Part shown: positions 36,714-46,663 of the stretch, piece after piece
Numbering within the stretch: position 1 is the stretch's first letter
How the letters are laid out: every line of letters begins with the position of its first letter
Virus record (IMG/VR): IMGVR_UViG_3300045002_000015
Span: 8,781-72,780 of that record
Source of the DNA: a virus
Taxonomy: Duplodnaviria; Caudoviricetes
Length of the DNA stretch: 64,000 nucleotides
Strand: one strand, 5' to 3'
Notes under the pieces: generated by a model
The model's input: the letters and a program-made list of their open reading frames with translations, nothing else
What the model was told of the DNA's origin: nothing
The model's database searches: none
Made by a program: the position numbers and the translations under genes

Positions 36714-37681
36714 GAGCCGCCGCCTTCGCCTTGCTGATCGCCCCGGGGATCGCGATGGCGCAAGGCATGCCGCAGCCGCTCAAGGTCGATCAGCACTCCT
36801 TCGAAGTGCCGTACAATCCGGATCAGACCTATCCGGTCACGATGCAATACGGTCTGCAATGCGTTGTACAGATCGCGCCCACCGAGCAGATGCTCTATAC
36901 GATCTTCAATCCCGGCTCGCCGGTCGAAAGCCTCAATCCGCAGGATCAGCGGCAGGATGATCCACTGATCAATAGCGTGCCGCTGGTCGGCGCGCAGCCG
37001 GGCGGCCCGGTGTCGGTGACGATTATCGCCAAGGATGTGACCGGCCGTCAGCATGTGTATCCGCTGCTGGTCACCGTCCTGAAGCCGCCACCGGCGGATG
37101 CGAGAAATCCGGGCCAGATCGCGCCCGGCGTCTGTCTCAAGATGAAGTTCACCTACACGCCGCAGCAGCTTGCGGACATTTCGCCCGCCGGGCCGCGCAA
37201 GCCATCATGGAAAGAGCAGCAGGCGGCGAAGGCAGCGGCGGTCGCCAAGGCCCGGCTGAACGTCGACCCGTTCTATGGCCCGCAGAACGATGACTACAGG
37301 TTCTCCGGCCGGGACCGTGATATCGCGCCGCGCTATTCGCCGCATGACAACGGCACGGTGACACTGTTTCCGTATGTCGGACCGGCGCCCACCGTGCTGC
37401 TGGTCGAGTCGCATGGCATGCCGAACATCTGCAAAGGGCTGAAGCCCTCGGCAGAGGAATTGCACGGCCACGAGGAGGCGCTGAATCAGGACAAGTACCT
37501 CGACCAGGTGCTGGTGCACGCAACGGGCTGGCATTTCCGGTTGCGGGAGAATTCGACCTCGGCTCCGAACACGCGCGGCAAGGTGCTCGAGGTCTGGAAC
37601 TGCGGCTATAACCCGCAACCCGATCCGGGCACCGGTACCGACTCGACCGACGTGGTGCGGAGGGTCATCACCGAGCGATGA
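36710..37681 (+). CDS. virB9: T4SS VirB9-like
   Basis: Signal peptide, VPYNPDQTYPV, HDNGTVTLF, FRLR..VLEVWN; position. Confidence 0.75.
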   Translation: MRAAAFALLIAPGIAMAQGMPQPLKVDQHSFEVPYNPDQTYPVTMQYGLQCVVQIAPTEQMLYTIFNPGSPVESLNPQDQRQDDPLINSVPLVGAQPGGPVSVTIIAKDVTGRQHVYPLLVTVLKPPPADARNPGQIAPGVCLKMKFTYTPQQLADISPAGPRKPSWKEQQAAKAAAVAKARLNVDPFYGPQNDDYRFSGRDRDIAPRYSPHDNGTVTLFPYVGPAPTVLLVESHGMPNICKGLKPSAEELHGHEEALNQDKYLDQVLVHATGWHFRLRENSTSAPNTRGKVLEVWNCGYNPQPDPGTGTDSTDVVRRVITER

Positions 37682-38763
37682 GCGATCTGCTGGCCGCGCC
37701 GCGTGGCCCGCAGCAAGGCCGCGGAGTTCTGCGCCGGCTGGCGCGATCGCGCATGCTCTGGCTGGCCGGCGGCGGTATCATGCTGGCGGTGGTGCTTTAC
37801 TATGCCATCCCCGACGCGCCACCGCCGCCGCCACCGCCACCACCACAGCACCCGGCGCCCAACGTGGCCTACGATCCGCCCACCGCGCCGCCGCAGACCC
37901 GGGCGGCGCCGCCCCCAGCGCCGGCCGCCATGCCAGCGGCGGTCACCCAGCCGCAGGCGCAGCCAGCCGTCGAGGAATATCCGCGCCTGCCGCCGTTGAA
38001 AATGTACTCCTTCGGCAACCGTAACTTCACCCCGGAATACCTGAAGCCGGCGCAGGCGCAGGCCGAGGCGACCACCAAGCGCGAGACCGACCGTATCGCC
38101 TATACATCGCCGAAAGTTCCCGCAATCCGATCGATGACGATCAAGGACCGGACCTATGAACTGCCGGCATTCAGTACCATCCCGTGCGTGCTCGATACCG
38201 CCGTCGTCACCGGCGCCGCCGGCACCACGCCCTTCCGCTGCCATGTTAGCACACCGAACGGGCGCGGCGTGCAATCGCCCGCCCATACGGTGCTGCTCGA
38301 GGACAACACCACGGTCGGCGGCTACTACAAGTCGGTGGTCAGCGAGGGCGACAATCGCGTGGTCATGGTCACGGCGCAGGCTGAAACCCCGTTCGGCGTG
38401 GTCGTGCGCTTTGGCGATATGCCGGTCGCCGACCAGTTGGGCGCGGCCGGCGTGCCGGGCGCGGTCGACAACCACTGGGGCCAGCGCATCGGTGGCGCAT
38501 TGATGCTGGCGCTCGCCGATACCGCGGCCTCGCTCGCGCAGGCCGAATTGCAGAACATGGGGCGATCCAACAATTCGCAGTTCAATTTCGGTTCCACCGG
38601 CGGCATTTCGGGGCTGTCCCAGGTCACCAATGCGATCCTCGGGAAGACCATCAACATCCCACCCACCATTACGCTGCACCAGGGCGATCGTATCCTGCTG
38701 TGGGTGACGGAAATGGTGGACTTCTCGCCTTCCTATGAAGTCGTGCCGCGGGAACGGCAATGA
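37678..38763 (+). CDS. virB10: T4SS VirB10/TrbI
   Basis: TM plus Pro-rich stalk; IPCVLDTAV, DQLGAAGVPGAVDNHW, NIPPTITLHQG. Confidence 0.92.
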   Translation: MSDLLAAPRGPQQGRGVLRRLARSRMLWLAGGGIMLAVVLYYAIPDAPPPPPPPPPQHPAPNVAYDPPTAPPQTRAAPPPAPAAMPAAVTQPQAQPAVEEYPRLPPLKMYSFGNRNFTPEYLKPAQAQAEATTKRETDRIAYTSPKVPAIRSMTIKDRTYELPAFSTIPCVLDTAVVTGAAGTTPFRCHVSTPNGRGVQSPAHTVLLEDNTTVGGYYKSVVSEGDNRVVMVTAQAETPFGVVVRFGDMPVADQLGAAGVPGAVDNHWGQRIGGALMLALADTAASLAQAELQNMGRSNNSQFNFGSTGGISGLSQVTNAILGKTINIPPTITLHQGDRILLWVTEMVDFSPSYEVVPRERQ

Positions 38764-39740
38764 AGGCAACCCGCGCCCTGCGGCATCTGATGGCGCCGTT
38801 TGCGCATCATCTGGAGGACACCGAGGTTACCGACGTCACCATCAACGAACCATACGAGTATTGGGTCGAGCGCGCCGGGCAATGGCGGCGCTACGAACAC
38901 GCCGCGCTGTCGCTCGCGCATCTGGACGCGCTCGGGCTGGCTGCCGCCGCCGAAACGTCGAAAGACTTTTCGCGCGCCAATCCGCTGTGCGGCTCGACGC
39001 TGCCGGGTGGCGAGCGCATTCAGATCAATCGCCCGCCGGCCACCATCGGTGACCGCATCACGGTCGCGATCCGGCGCCCGTTCCATCGGCGCATGCTCCT
39101 CGACGATCCGGACTTCGATGAGATGGTGGAGGAGGTCAATACCGGCGGTTCGCGCAAGGAGCGGGCCAGTGGCGAACTGATGCACCTATTTCGCGAACGC
39201 GCGTGGCGGCGGTTTCTCGGACTGGCCGTCGAGCAGGGTATGAGCATCGGCATTTGCGGGGCTCAAGGGTCCGGGAAGAGCGAGCTTGCCAAGAGGCTAC
39301 TCCGCCACGTGCCGGACTGGCGCCGCGCGATCACCATCGAGGACGACAGCCCGGAGTTCGGCGATGCCGGCCCGCCGAACCGCGCGGGCTTTCTCTATGG
39401 CACGGTGGGCCTGCGCAAGGTGATGCCGGCGGCGCTGCGCATGCGCGCCGACGAGGTGATCTTCCAGGAGGCGCGCGGCGAGGAAGTGTATTTCCTCGCC
39501 CAGGCCGCGCTGCGCGGCGCGCGCATCATGACCACCTGGCACGCCGAGTTCGGCCGCGAGTTCGAGGCGCTGGCGTCGATGTACCGCCAGTCCGAGTTCG
39601 GCCGGGTGATCGGCGATGACGATCTTCATGCGCTGCTGCGCCGGCTGATCGATATCGTGGTCTGGCAATACCGCGATGCGCGCGCGCAGAAGTTCCGCAT
39701 CGCGCGCATCTGGTTTCGGGGGGAGGAAAAAGAGGCATGA
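38760..39740 (+). CDS. virB11: T4SS ATPase VirB11
   Basis: VTDVTINEP, GERIQ, GAQGSGKS, ITIED, ALRMRAD..QEARG, TTWHA. Confidence 0.92.
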   Translation: MKATRALRHLMAPFAHHLEDTEVTDVTINEPYEYWVERAGQWRRYEHAALSLAHLDALGLAAAAETSKDFSRANPLCGSTLPGGERIQINRPPATIGDRITVAIRRPFHRRMLLDDPDFDEMVEEVNTGGSRKERASGELMHLFRERAWRRFLGLAVEQGMSIGICGAQGSGKSELAKRLLRHVPDWRRAITIEDDSPEFGDAGPPNRAGFLYGTVGLRKVMPAALRMRADEVIFQEARGEEVYFLAQAALRGARIMTTWHAEFGREFEALASMYRQSEFGRVIGDDDLHALLRRLIDIVVWQYRDARAQKFRIARIWFRGEEKEA

Positions 39741-41119
39741 AGCGATTGATGGCGATTGCCGCCGCGTTGGCGCTGCTCGGTGCCGCACCACCCGCCCAGC
39801 CGCCGTGCCAGGGCACATCGAACGGCTTCACTGTGACGCAGGGCGGCTTCGTCGATCCCGCCGGCCATCCGTGGCACGCGCGCGGCGTCAACATGGACAC
39901 CAAGGATGCCATGCCGATGGCGAACGGGCAGTTTTTCCAACACTTCCCCGGCACAACATTCATCCGGCTCGCCGCCAACTGCGATACCGATACCACGGCG
40001 GTGCTCGATCCGATCGTGCTGGCGGTGACCGGATCGGGCCGCGTGCTCAGCCTGGAGGATCATCACGATACCCAGGGCGGTCGGAACACCGCCTGCTACC
40101 AGGCATGGGGCAAACGCTACGCCAGCAATGCGCTGGTGTGGTACGAGACGCCGAACGAGCCGCCCGCGAGCATGACGGGAGCGCCGCAGACGGCGATCAT
40201 CAACGCGCTGCGCGCGGCCGGCGTGACCGCGCCGATCGGCATTCAGCCGATCTGCTGCGAGGACCAATCGAATGTGCCCGGCGTGCTGGCCAGCGTGACC
40301 TCGAAGGCCAATCTGTACGTCAGCATGCACGTCTATTGCGGCGATGGCGCGGATGCCTCCTGCCCCACCAGCTACCCGAAGAGCGCGAGCCAGCCCGCCT
40401 ACGGCCTGTTCCATCTGATCGATGAGTTCGGCGATGCCGCCGACGGCATGAAGCAGAACCAGTACGGCCCGGCGCTGGTGCGGGCGATGACCGATTTGGC
40501 CGACGGCATCTTCTGGCATTGCTGCAACGGGTTCCATGAAACCGACTCCGCCTGCACGGATCAGGGCTGCGGCGGCCTGACACCGGACGGCAACGTGCTC
40601 AAGCCGTGGCTCTCGTCGACCGGCGGGAGCTGCCCGCTCAGCGCCCAGACCTCGGCGCCATCGGCTGCCGCGCAGGCCGAGCTGGAACCACTGCAACAGC
40701 AGATCGACAGCCTGACCCAGGGCGCCGCCGCGCTGCTCAACCGCGCGAACCAATGGCTGGCGCCGAGTGCTGAAACAGCCTCGTCGCCGCCACCCCAGGC
40801 CGCCCAGGCGGCGCCGCCACCCGTCCCGGTAAGTCCGGCCGCGCAGGCCAGCCCGGCGCCCCAGCGCGTTCAGAGCCTCCTGGCGGGGGCGCCCCAGACC
40901 AGCGCCGCCATGCAGTCGGCGCTTCAGGACCTTCAGAACGCGCTCCAGCAGTTGGGGACCGCCGATCCAGGCGCCACCGATGCGAATGCCGGGGCGGCGA
41001 TGCCGGCCGCGCCGGCCGCGCCGACGAAGCAGCCAGCCAGCGAGCGCCCGGCCGGTATCGGGCAGGATGCCTATCACCCGCCTGCCGGCTGGCATGAAGG
41101 CGACGGCGATGACGACTAG
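39737..41119 (+). CDS. Secreted GH5-like glycoside hydrolase with Ala/Pro/Gln-rich C-terminal tail
   Basis: Signal peptide; GFVDPAG..ARGVN, YETPNEP, MHVY, IDEFG. Confidence 0.75.
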   Translation: MKRLMAIAAALALLGAAPPAQPPCQGTSNGFTVTQGGFVDPAGHPWHARGVNMDTKDAMPMANGQFFQHFPGTTFIRLAANCDTDTTAVLDPIVLAVTGSGRVLSLEDHHDTQGGRNTACYQAWGKRYASNALVWYETPNEPPASMTGAPQTAIINALRAAGVTAPIGIQPICCEDQSNVPGVLASVTSKANLYVSMHVYCGDGADASCPTSYPKSASQPAYGLFHLIDEFGDAADGMKQNQYGPALVRAMTDLADGIFWHCCNGFHETDSACTDQGCGGLTPDGNVLKPWLSSTGGSCPLSAQTSAPSAAAQAELEPLQQQIDSLTQGAAALLNRANQWLAPSAETASSPPPQAAQAAPPPVPVSPAAQASPAPQRVQSLLAGAPQTSAAMQSALQDLQNALQQLGTADPGATDANAGAAMPAAPAAPTKQPASERPAGIGQDAYHPPAGWHEGDGDDD

Positions 41120-42983
41120 GCAAAGCCGGTGCACGGCGCTGGTCTGCGCGCTGCTGGCGTTGTGGGAGGTGCTGGCTTCCCTGGCGTTGGCCTATGCGCT
41201 GCCGGGGCTGGCACGCTTCGGGCTGCTCGCCTGGTTCGGCGGTTATTCGGTCCGTCCCAACCCGTACTTTGGCATGCTGCAATACCTGGCGCCGTTGCTG
41301 CACTTCCATGCGCTCTCGCGCACCACCTGGCGCGCGCTCGAACTGGCCAGCGCCATCGGCGCGGCGGGTGTGCTGGCGGTCATTGCCATCATGATCCGTC
41401 TCGCCACGCTGGCGCGGTTCCGCCGCCGCTTCGTCCGTTGGCCATGGCAATCGGAGGATGATAGCCCGCGCCCTTTAGAACGCGGCATCAGCGATAACCA
41501 CGGCCACGCCCGGATGGCCGACGAGGCTTGGCTCCTGCGCGAGTTTCCGCCGCCCAGGCGCGATGATATCGGCATCAAGGTGGTAGGCTTCACCGAGCGG
41601 GGGCATCTGCTGTTCGACGACTACAGCGAGCGCAGCCGAGTCACGCTCGAATTCAGCGGCACGCGCTCAGGGAAAACCGCGAGCCTCATATCCACCATCG
41701 CCTATTGGGCGCGCGCCGGCCTGCCACAGGTGATCCTCGATCCATCGTGCGAGATCGGGCCGATGATGTGGCGCCTGTTGGCGCTCGAACTTGAGTGCGA
41801 GGTCCGCATACTGAACGCCGATCCCGATCCGCGCGACGGCAACGGCGATCCGGTGCCGTGGCGCCACCTGATCGCTTGCTATGACGCGCTCGGCTGGATG
41901 GATATCAACGATCCGTACGCCTCGGCCAACGTCCAGACGATGGCGAGCTATTTCGTCGAGGTGGAGAACGCGCGGCCGACCGAAAACGAGGTATTCTTTC
42001 GCGACTCGGCGCGCGACCTGATCGCCTGCGTCATGGCCCACATCCTTTGGTACCAAGGTCCCGACGCGCCACCGAAAACCCTGGAAACGGTGCGCGCGGT
42101 TCTCAGTCTGGGCGATACCGAGCTTCGATGCTACCTGACCAAGGTGCACTACGAGTCGAACAGCAGCATGGCCCGCCAGTTGGCAGGCGGCTATTTCGAA
42201 CTGGACGGCAGGGCCGAGGAAACCTTCGGCAACATCAGTTTCACCGCGCGGCTGGCGACGTCGTGGCTGTCCAACCCGCAGCTTTGCGCGATGGTCTCGG
42301 GTGACGACTTCCGTGCCAATGATATCACCGAAAAGCGTCCCGTCGCGGTGATCATCCAGGTGCCGATGCATGTCATGCTGGCCCACAAAGGCATCGCCCG
42401 CGTCGTATTCGGTTCGTTCTTTACCGCCAAGATCGCCGCGCGAAACATGAATGATGCATTGTTCATGCCCGACGAGTGCTGGCTGCTCGGCAAGACGGAG
42501 GCGCACAAGACGGCGCTGTTCGCCGGCGGCAAGCACGGCATCGTCATGCACATGCCCTGGCAGAGTCTCGGCCAGATGGAGGACGTTTGGGGCCGCGACG
42601 GCCGGCGGTTCTGGCTGGACAACGCCGCCTATGTGATATTCGGCCGGTTGCGCGATCCCCAGGTCGCCAAGGAAGTCTCGGAGGCGATCGGCACCATGGC
42701 GGTGGTCGCCGTGAGCGAGGGCGACAACAAGGGTATGCAAGCCGGCATTGGCATCAGCCGGTTCAGCCGCGGCCGCACGGTCAACCGCCACGAAATCAAG
42801 CGGCCGGTGCGCATGCTCTCGGAGATCATCTCCGATCTGGAGCGCGACGACCTGTTGCTGATCGGGCTGGCGCGCCCGGCGCAGATTAAGCGGGCGCTGT
42901 GGTTCCGCATTCCCTGGCTGGCTGCGGCGATCGATCCCAGTCCCTATGCACGGCAGGATGAAATGGAGGAGGAAGCGGCATGA
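41109..42983 (+). CDS. virD4: Type IV coupling protein, VirD4/TraG family
   Basis: N-terminal TMs, NHGHARMA, SGTRSGKT, DPSCE, PDE, WQSLGQMEDVWG. Confidence 0.9.
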   Translation: MTTRQSRCTALVCALLALWEVLASLALAYALPGLARFGLLAWFGGYSVRPNPYFGMLQYLAPLLHFHALSRTTWRALELASAIGAAGVLAVIAIMIRLATLARFRRRFVRWPWQSEDDSPRPLERGISDNHGHARMADEAWLLREFPPPRRDDIGIKVVGFTERGHLLFDDYSERSRVTLEFSGTRSGKTASLISTIAYWARAGLPQVILDPSCEIGPMMWRLLALELECEVRILNADPDPRDGNGDPVPWRHLIACYDALGWMDINDPYASANVQTMASYFVEVENARPTENEVFFRDSARDLIACVMAHILWYQGPDAPPKTLETVRAVLSLGDTELRCYLTKVHYESNSSMARQLAGGYFELDGRAEETFGNISFTARLATSWLSNPQLCAMVSGDDFRANDITEKRPVAVIIQVPMHVMLAHKGIARVVFGSFFTAKIAARNMNDALFMPDECWLLGKTEAHKTALFAGGKHGIVMHMPWQSLGQMEDVWGRDGRRFWLDNAAYVIFGRLRDPQVAKEVSEAIGTMAVVAVSEGDNKGMQAGIGISRFSRGRTVNRHEIKRPVRMLSEIISDLERDDLLLIGLARPAQIKRALWFRIPWLAAAIDPSPYARQDEMEEEAA

Positions 42984-43204
42984 GCGATCGACACCATCGG
43001 CGGCAGGCAGAACGCATAGCGCAGCGCCAGCAGCAGATCGAGCGGCACATCGCCGCCGAGGTCGCGCGCGGGCGCGAACTGGAGGCCGAACGGCGGGCCG
43101 AGCCGGACGGGCGGCAGTTGGAATTCGATAGCCTGTCAGGCGTCAAAAGCGCTAAGGAAAAGGACGATCCTGAACCGCAAAGGGGGCGCTCAAGATCGCC
43201 ATGA
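42980..43204 (+). CDS. Hypothetical protein
   Basis: ATGA overlap with virD4. Confidence 0.5.
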   Translation: MSDRHHRRQAERIAQRQQQIERHIAAEVARGRELEAERRAEPDGRQLEFDSLSGVKSAKEKDDPEPQRGRSRSP

Positions 43205-43329
43205 GAAGTCAGATCGCCTTCGCGCTCGCGCATCCGGTGTTCGATCCCGACACCCAGGTCGTGCGCGGCCATTTCTGGCGCGCCGGCAACCTCTCATTCG
43301 GGCTGACGGCGAATATTGGCATCGAGTGA

Positions 43330-43617
43330 ATGGTCTATGCCGGCGGGCGGCCATTGTGGCAACTATCCATTGCTGTCCACGATGCCCGCGCGCCGGTACC
43401 GGTGCTCCGTTGGAGCCCGACCGATCACCGCCGCGCAGAAGCCGCCCGCGATCGCATCTTCGCCATGTGTGGCACCGACGAGTCACCCATCGCACCCGAA
43501 GGCGAGGAGGCGGCGCTGCTGCGCGTGACGCGGCAGTGGCGCAAGCCGCTCAGCATGGCCGAGGTGGCCCAGCTTGCGCCGACACCGGAGGTCAGGACAC
43601 GTCCTGGTCGCGCGTAG
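43330..43617 (+). CDS. Hypothetical protein
   Basis: 95 aa, plausible composition. Confidence 0.5.
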   Translation: MVYAGGRPLWQLSIAVHDARAPVPVLRWSPTDHRRAEAARDRIFAMCGTDESPIAPEGEEAALLRVTRQWRKPLSMAEVAQLAPTPEVRTRPGRA

Positions 43618-43843
43618 ACGGGTCGCCGGGAACCCAGCGGCCAACGGCTGGATCGCGGCCGACCGGCGGATAGGGCAGCATGTAGAGCTTCCTGGACCGC
43701 GTTCCGCATGTCGGACACCGTAGCAGCCGGCACCACAGCGCCCATATCTTGAGCGGCACATTGACCGGCTGCCAGGCGTTCCAGCGACGGCCACAAGCGC
43801 CGCAGCGCAGCCAAAGCGGTTCGAATCGCGGGCGGTCGTCCAT
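43592..43843 (-). CDS. Zn-finger-like protein
   Basis: CGAC and CPTC pairs. Confidence 0.5.
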   Translation of the reverse strand: MDDRPRFEPLWLRCGACGRRWNAWQPVNVPLKIWALWCRLLRCPTCGTRSRKLYMLPYPPVGRDPAVGRWVPGDPSTRDQDVS

Positions 43844-43884
43844 CGGCTACTATAACCGCCCAGCGAAGAAAAAAGGAGCGGGGA

Positions 43885-44175
43885 ATGTCCGGTAGTAACC
43901 GATTGCGCAGCGGCGCCGAGCGTATGCGCCAGTTCATGCAGCCGCCGTTTCCGTTGCGGGTGCGCGACGCACCGTACGACTGCTGGGAAATCCGCAACGG
44001 GCAGTTGGAGATTTGCGGCTACATCCGCGGCCGGCACGGCCGCTATGAGTTCTGCCTGCATGACTGGCGGAACGCCGAGTGGACCCGCACGACGCAGCGG
44101 TTCCGCGATCTCGCGGCGGCGCTCGTGCGCTGGTCAGATGCCTCCGACAATGGGAAGGCGCAGGACGATATATAG
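43885..44175 (+). CDS. Hypothetical protein
   Basis: AAGGAG RBS; 96 aa. Confidence 0.55.
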   Translation: MSGSNRLRSGAERMRQFMQPPFPLRVRDAPYDCWEIRNGQLEICGYIRGRHGRYEFCLHDWRNAEWTRTTQRFRDLAAALVRWSDASDNGKAQDDI

Positions 44176-44244
44176 GCCACGGACGGCAGAATAACTGAAC
44201 AATACCCCTTGCCACCCCGCCCCGGCTGGTATATATATAGGCCA
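44168..44244 (+). promoter_or_regulatory. Promoter with repeated TATATAGGCC operator
   Basis: TTGCCA-N17-TATATA; ATATATAGGCCA at 44168 and TGGTATATATATAGGCCA at 44227; a similar site recurs at 45311. Confidence 0.65.
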
Positions 44245-44261
44245 GACAAGGGGATGGACCG

Positions 44262-45296
44262 GTGGCCTGCTTCGATCATACCTATGGCGTCGAAATCGAG
44301 TGCTATCTGCCGGAAGGCTCCACAGCGGCCGACGCGGCGGCCGCAATCAATGCGCGGCTGGGCGCCACCGGGCGCTGCGCGGCCGAGAGCTACAATCACC
44401 TCACCCGCGACCATTGGAAAATCGTTCCCGACGGCTCGCTCGGCGACTACGCTCGCGGCATTGAGGTGGTCTCCCCAGTCCTGCGCGGTGAGGCGGGGCT
44501 TGAGGCGCTGAGCCGCGTCATGGACGCGCTCGAGGACTTCGGCTGCACGGTATCGCGCCGCTGCGGCCTGCACGTCCATGTCGGGATCGGCCCACGGCGA
44601 ACGGACTTCTTCCGGCGCCTGCTCAAAGCCTACGCTCATTTCGAGCCGGTGATCGACAGCCTGATGCCGCCATCGCGGCGAGCCAGCGCCAATCTCTACT
44701 GCCGCTCCGTTACCCATATCGCGTTCACCGCCATCGATGCGGCCGTCAGTCTCTCGACCCTTATAGGGCTGATGAGCGCGCGCGCCGAAGCGCGCTATCA
44801 CAAGCTGAACCTCGCGGCGCATCGGCGCTACGGCACGGTCGAATTCCGCCAGCATTCGGGCACGCTCGATGCGACCAAGGCGCGCAATTGGACGCTGCTT
44901 TGCCTGCGCCTCGTCGATGCGATCATACAGGGCCGCGATCCGCGCGCGGCGGCCGTCGCGCCGGGACAAATCAACCGCGCCCCAGCGGACAGCAAGGCCC
45001 GGCTGGTCGGTGACCTCATGCTGCGTCCCCAAGGCGTAAGCCGGCCCGAGGCGATGGCGGCAACCGGATGGCCTTCGATCTCGCTGCCGCAGCAGGCGGC
45101 GATATGCGGGCTTTCCTTCACCACCCAGCGAACTGGTAATCGGACCCGCTATTTCGCCCGCGCCGCGCAGGCGTCATCCGCCACGCCCGCGACGCTGGAG
45201 GCGCTGTTGCAGTTCTGCGGCTGCGCACCACCGGAATGCGCTTACTTCCGCGCCCGTGCCCGGAACCTCTCGCCTCAGGTGCAGTGGGCCGCTTGA
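44262..45296 (+). CDS. Amidoligase (COOH-NH2 ligase type 2 family) with inserted wHTH-like segment
   Basis: TYGVEIEC, WKIVPDGSL, IEVVSP, CGLHVHVG, RYHKLN, TVEFRQH. Confidence 0.9.
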   Translation: MACFDHTYGVEIECYLPEGSTAADAAAAINARLGATGRCAAESYNHLTRDHWKIVPDGSLGDYARGIEVVSPVLRGEAGLEALSRVMDALEDFGCTVSRRCGLHVHVGIGPRRTDFFRRLLKAYAHFEPVIDSLMPPSRRASANLYCRSVTHIAFTAIDAAVSLSTLIGLMSARAEARYHKLNLAAHRRYGTVEFRQHSGTLDATKARNWTLLCLRLVDAIIQGRDPRAAAVAPGQINRAPADSKARLVGDLMLRPQGVSRPEAMAATGWPSISLPQQAAICGLSFTTQRTGNRTRYFARAAQASSATPATLEALLQFCGCAPPECAYFRARARNLSPQVQWAA

Positions 45297-45310
45297 AACC
45301 GCCGGACGAG

Positions 45311-45328
45311 TGGTATTTATATAGGCCG
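45311..45328 (+). promoter_or_regulatory. Second copy of the operator before the HTH gene
   Basis: TGGTATTTATATAGGCC vs TGGTATATATATAGGCC at 44227. Confidence 0.65.
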
Positions 45329-45341
45329 AAGGAGGGCCAGA

Positions 45342-45581
45342 ATGGCTGAAATACACCCCCCAAGCAAGCGGGCGGAGGCCCGCGAAGGCATTCGGCCGGA
45401 GGTGCTGATCTCCTGGCGCGAGCGCATGGGCTATTCGCAGCGCGAGGCGAGCGAGGCGCTGGATTGCTCGCGCGCCGCCCTGCGGCACTGGGAACAGGGC
45501 ACGAACCGTATCCCGCGCTACATCGGGCTGGCCTGTGCTGCGCTCGCGCTTGGCATGACCGCCTATGGCGGTAAGAAGTAA
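45342..45581 (+). CDS. XRE HTH regulator
   Basis: WRERMGYSQREASEALDCSRAALRHWEQG..IPRYIGLAC. Confidence 0.85.
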   Translation: MAEIHPPSKRAEAREGIRPEVLISWRERMGYSQREASEALDCSRAALRHWEQGTNRIPRYIGLACAALALGMTAYGGKK

Positions 45582-45597
45582 ACGGAGAAGCACATAC

Positions 45598-46152
45598 ATG
45601 GGTCTATACTTCGCTTATGGCTCGAACCTGCATGTTGGCCAAATGCGTCTCCGGTGTCCGGCGGCGGTCCCGCTCGCCCGCTACCGGCTCCGCAATTGGC
45701 GGCTGGTATTCCGTGGTGTCGCCGATTGCATCGCGGAGGAAGGCGCGGTCTGCTATGGCGGCGTCTGGCGCATCACCCCGGCGTGCGAACGCGCGCTCGA
45801 TATCTACGAAGGCGTCGAGTCGGGCCTGTACCGCAAGGAATATCTGCCGATCAAGCCAACGCCCGAGGGCGATACGGATATCCTTCTCTACGTCATGAAC
45901 TCGACCGGGATCATGCCGCCGAGCCAGCACTATCTTGGCATCATCCGGCAAGGGTACCGCTACTTTTCCATGCCACCGCGCGCCCGCACCTTGCTCAACC
46001 AGGCAGTGCGCGAATCCTGGGATGACAAGGCGCCGTCCTATCGCGAACGGTGGCGCTATCGCAGAACCGGACGGCCACCACTCGCGGCCCGTCCCGCCGC
46101 GCCGGCCATGCCAGCGACCGGCCAACAAATCACGCTGGCGATCAAGGAGTAA
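45598..46152 (+). CDS. Gamma-glutamylcyclotransferase (AIG2-like) family protein
   Basis: YFAYGSNL, LVFRGVADC, LDIYEG, PSQHYLGII. Confidence 0.9.
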   Translation: MGLYFAYGSNLHVGQMRLRCPAAVPLARYRLRNWRLVFRGVADCIAEEGAVCYGGVWRITPACERALDIYEGVESGLYRKEYLPIKPTPEGDTDILLYVMNSTGIMPPSQHYLGIIRQGYRYFSMPPRARTLLNQAVRESWDDKAPSYRERWRYRRTGRPPLAARPAAPAMPATGQQITLAIKE

Positions 46153-46158
46153 CCAACC

Positions 46159-46401
46159 ATGCGCTTTATTCGTCTGCACAAGATCGTCTCCGACCGCACC
46201 GCCGACTTCTACAGCAACAACGAGGAGGGCGAAGGCGGAGCCGCCGTGCTCTCGACGCCGGTCTCGATCAACGTCGAAAGCATCCGCTGCTTCTATCCGC
46301 GCAAGGAAAACCGTCCGGGCACGAGGATCACGTACACTGATGGCGGCGGCTTCGCCGTGACCGAGACCTACGACGAGGTCGCGCGCGCGGTAGAGGGCTG
46401 A
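46159..46401 (+). CDS. Hypothetical protein
   Basis: AAGGAG RBS; VSINVESIRCF..VTETYDEV. Confidence 0.6.
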   Translation: MRFIRLHKIVSDRTADFYSNNEEGEGGAAVLSTPVSINVESIRCFYPRKENRPGTRITYTDGGGFAVTETYDEVARAVEG

Positions 46402-46663
46402 GCGAAAGCCGGGCCGCGCGCAGAGAAAGGGTCCATCCAGGACGGCGAAGTCGGTGGATCGGTCCGCCCCTCGAAGCGCGCGCGGCCCGCGCCGATCTTA
46501 ATCGGACCGCACCCGCCTTTCCAAGTGCCAATTGATCCTCGCCGCCGATTTTGCCCCGTCTTAAATCGCCGAAATTTTGTGGACTAAATCACCGCACCGC
46601 CCTTCCCTCCGTCCGTATTATATCCTAGGACCGTAATCCTGGACGAAAGGACGGCGAAACATC

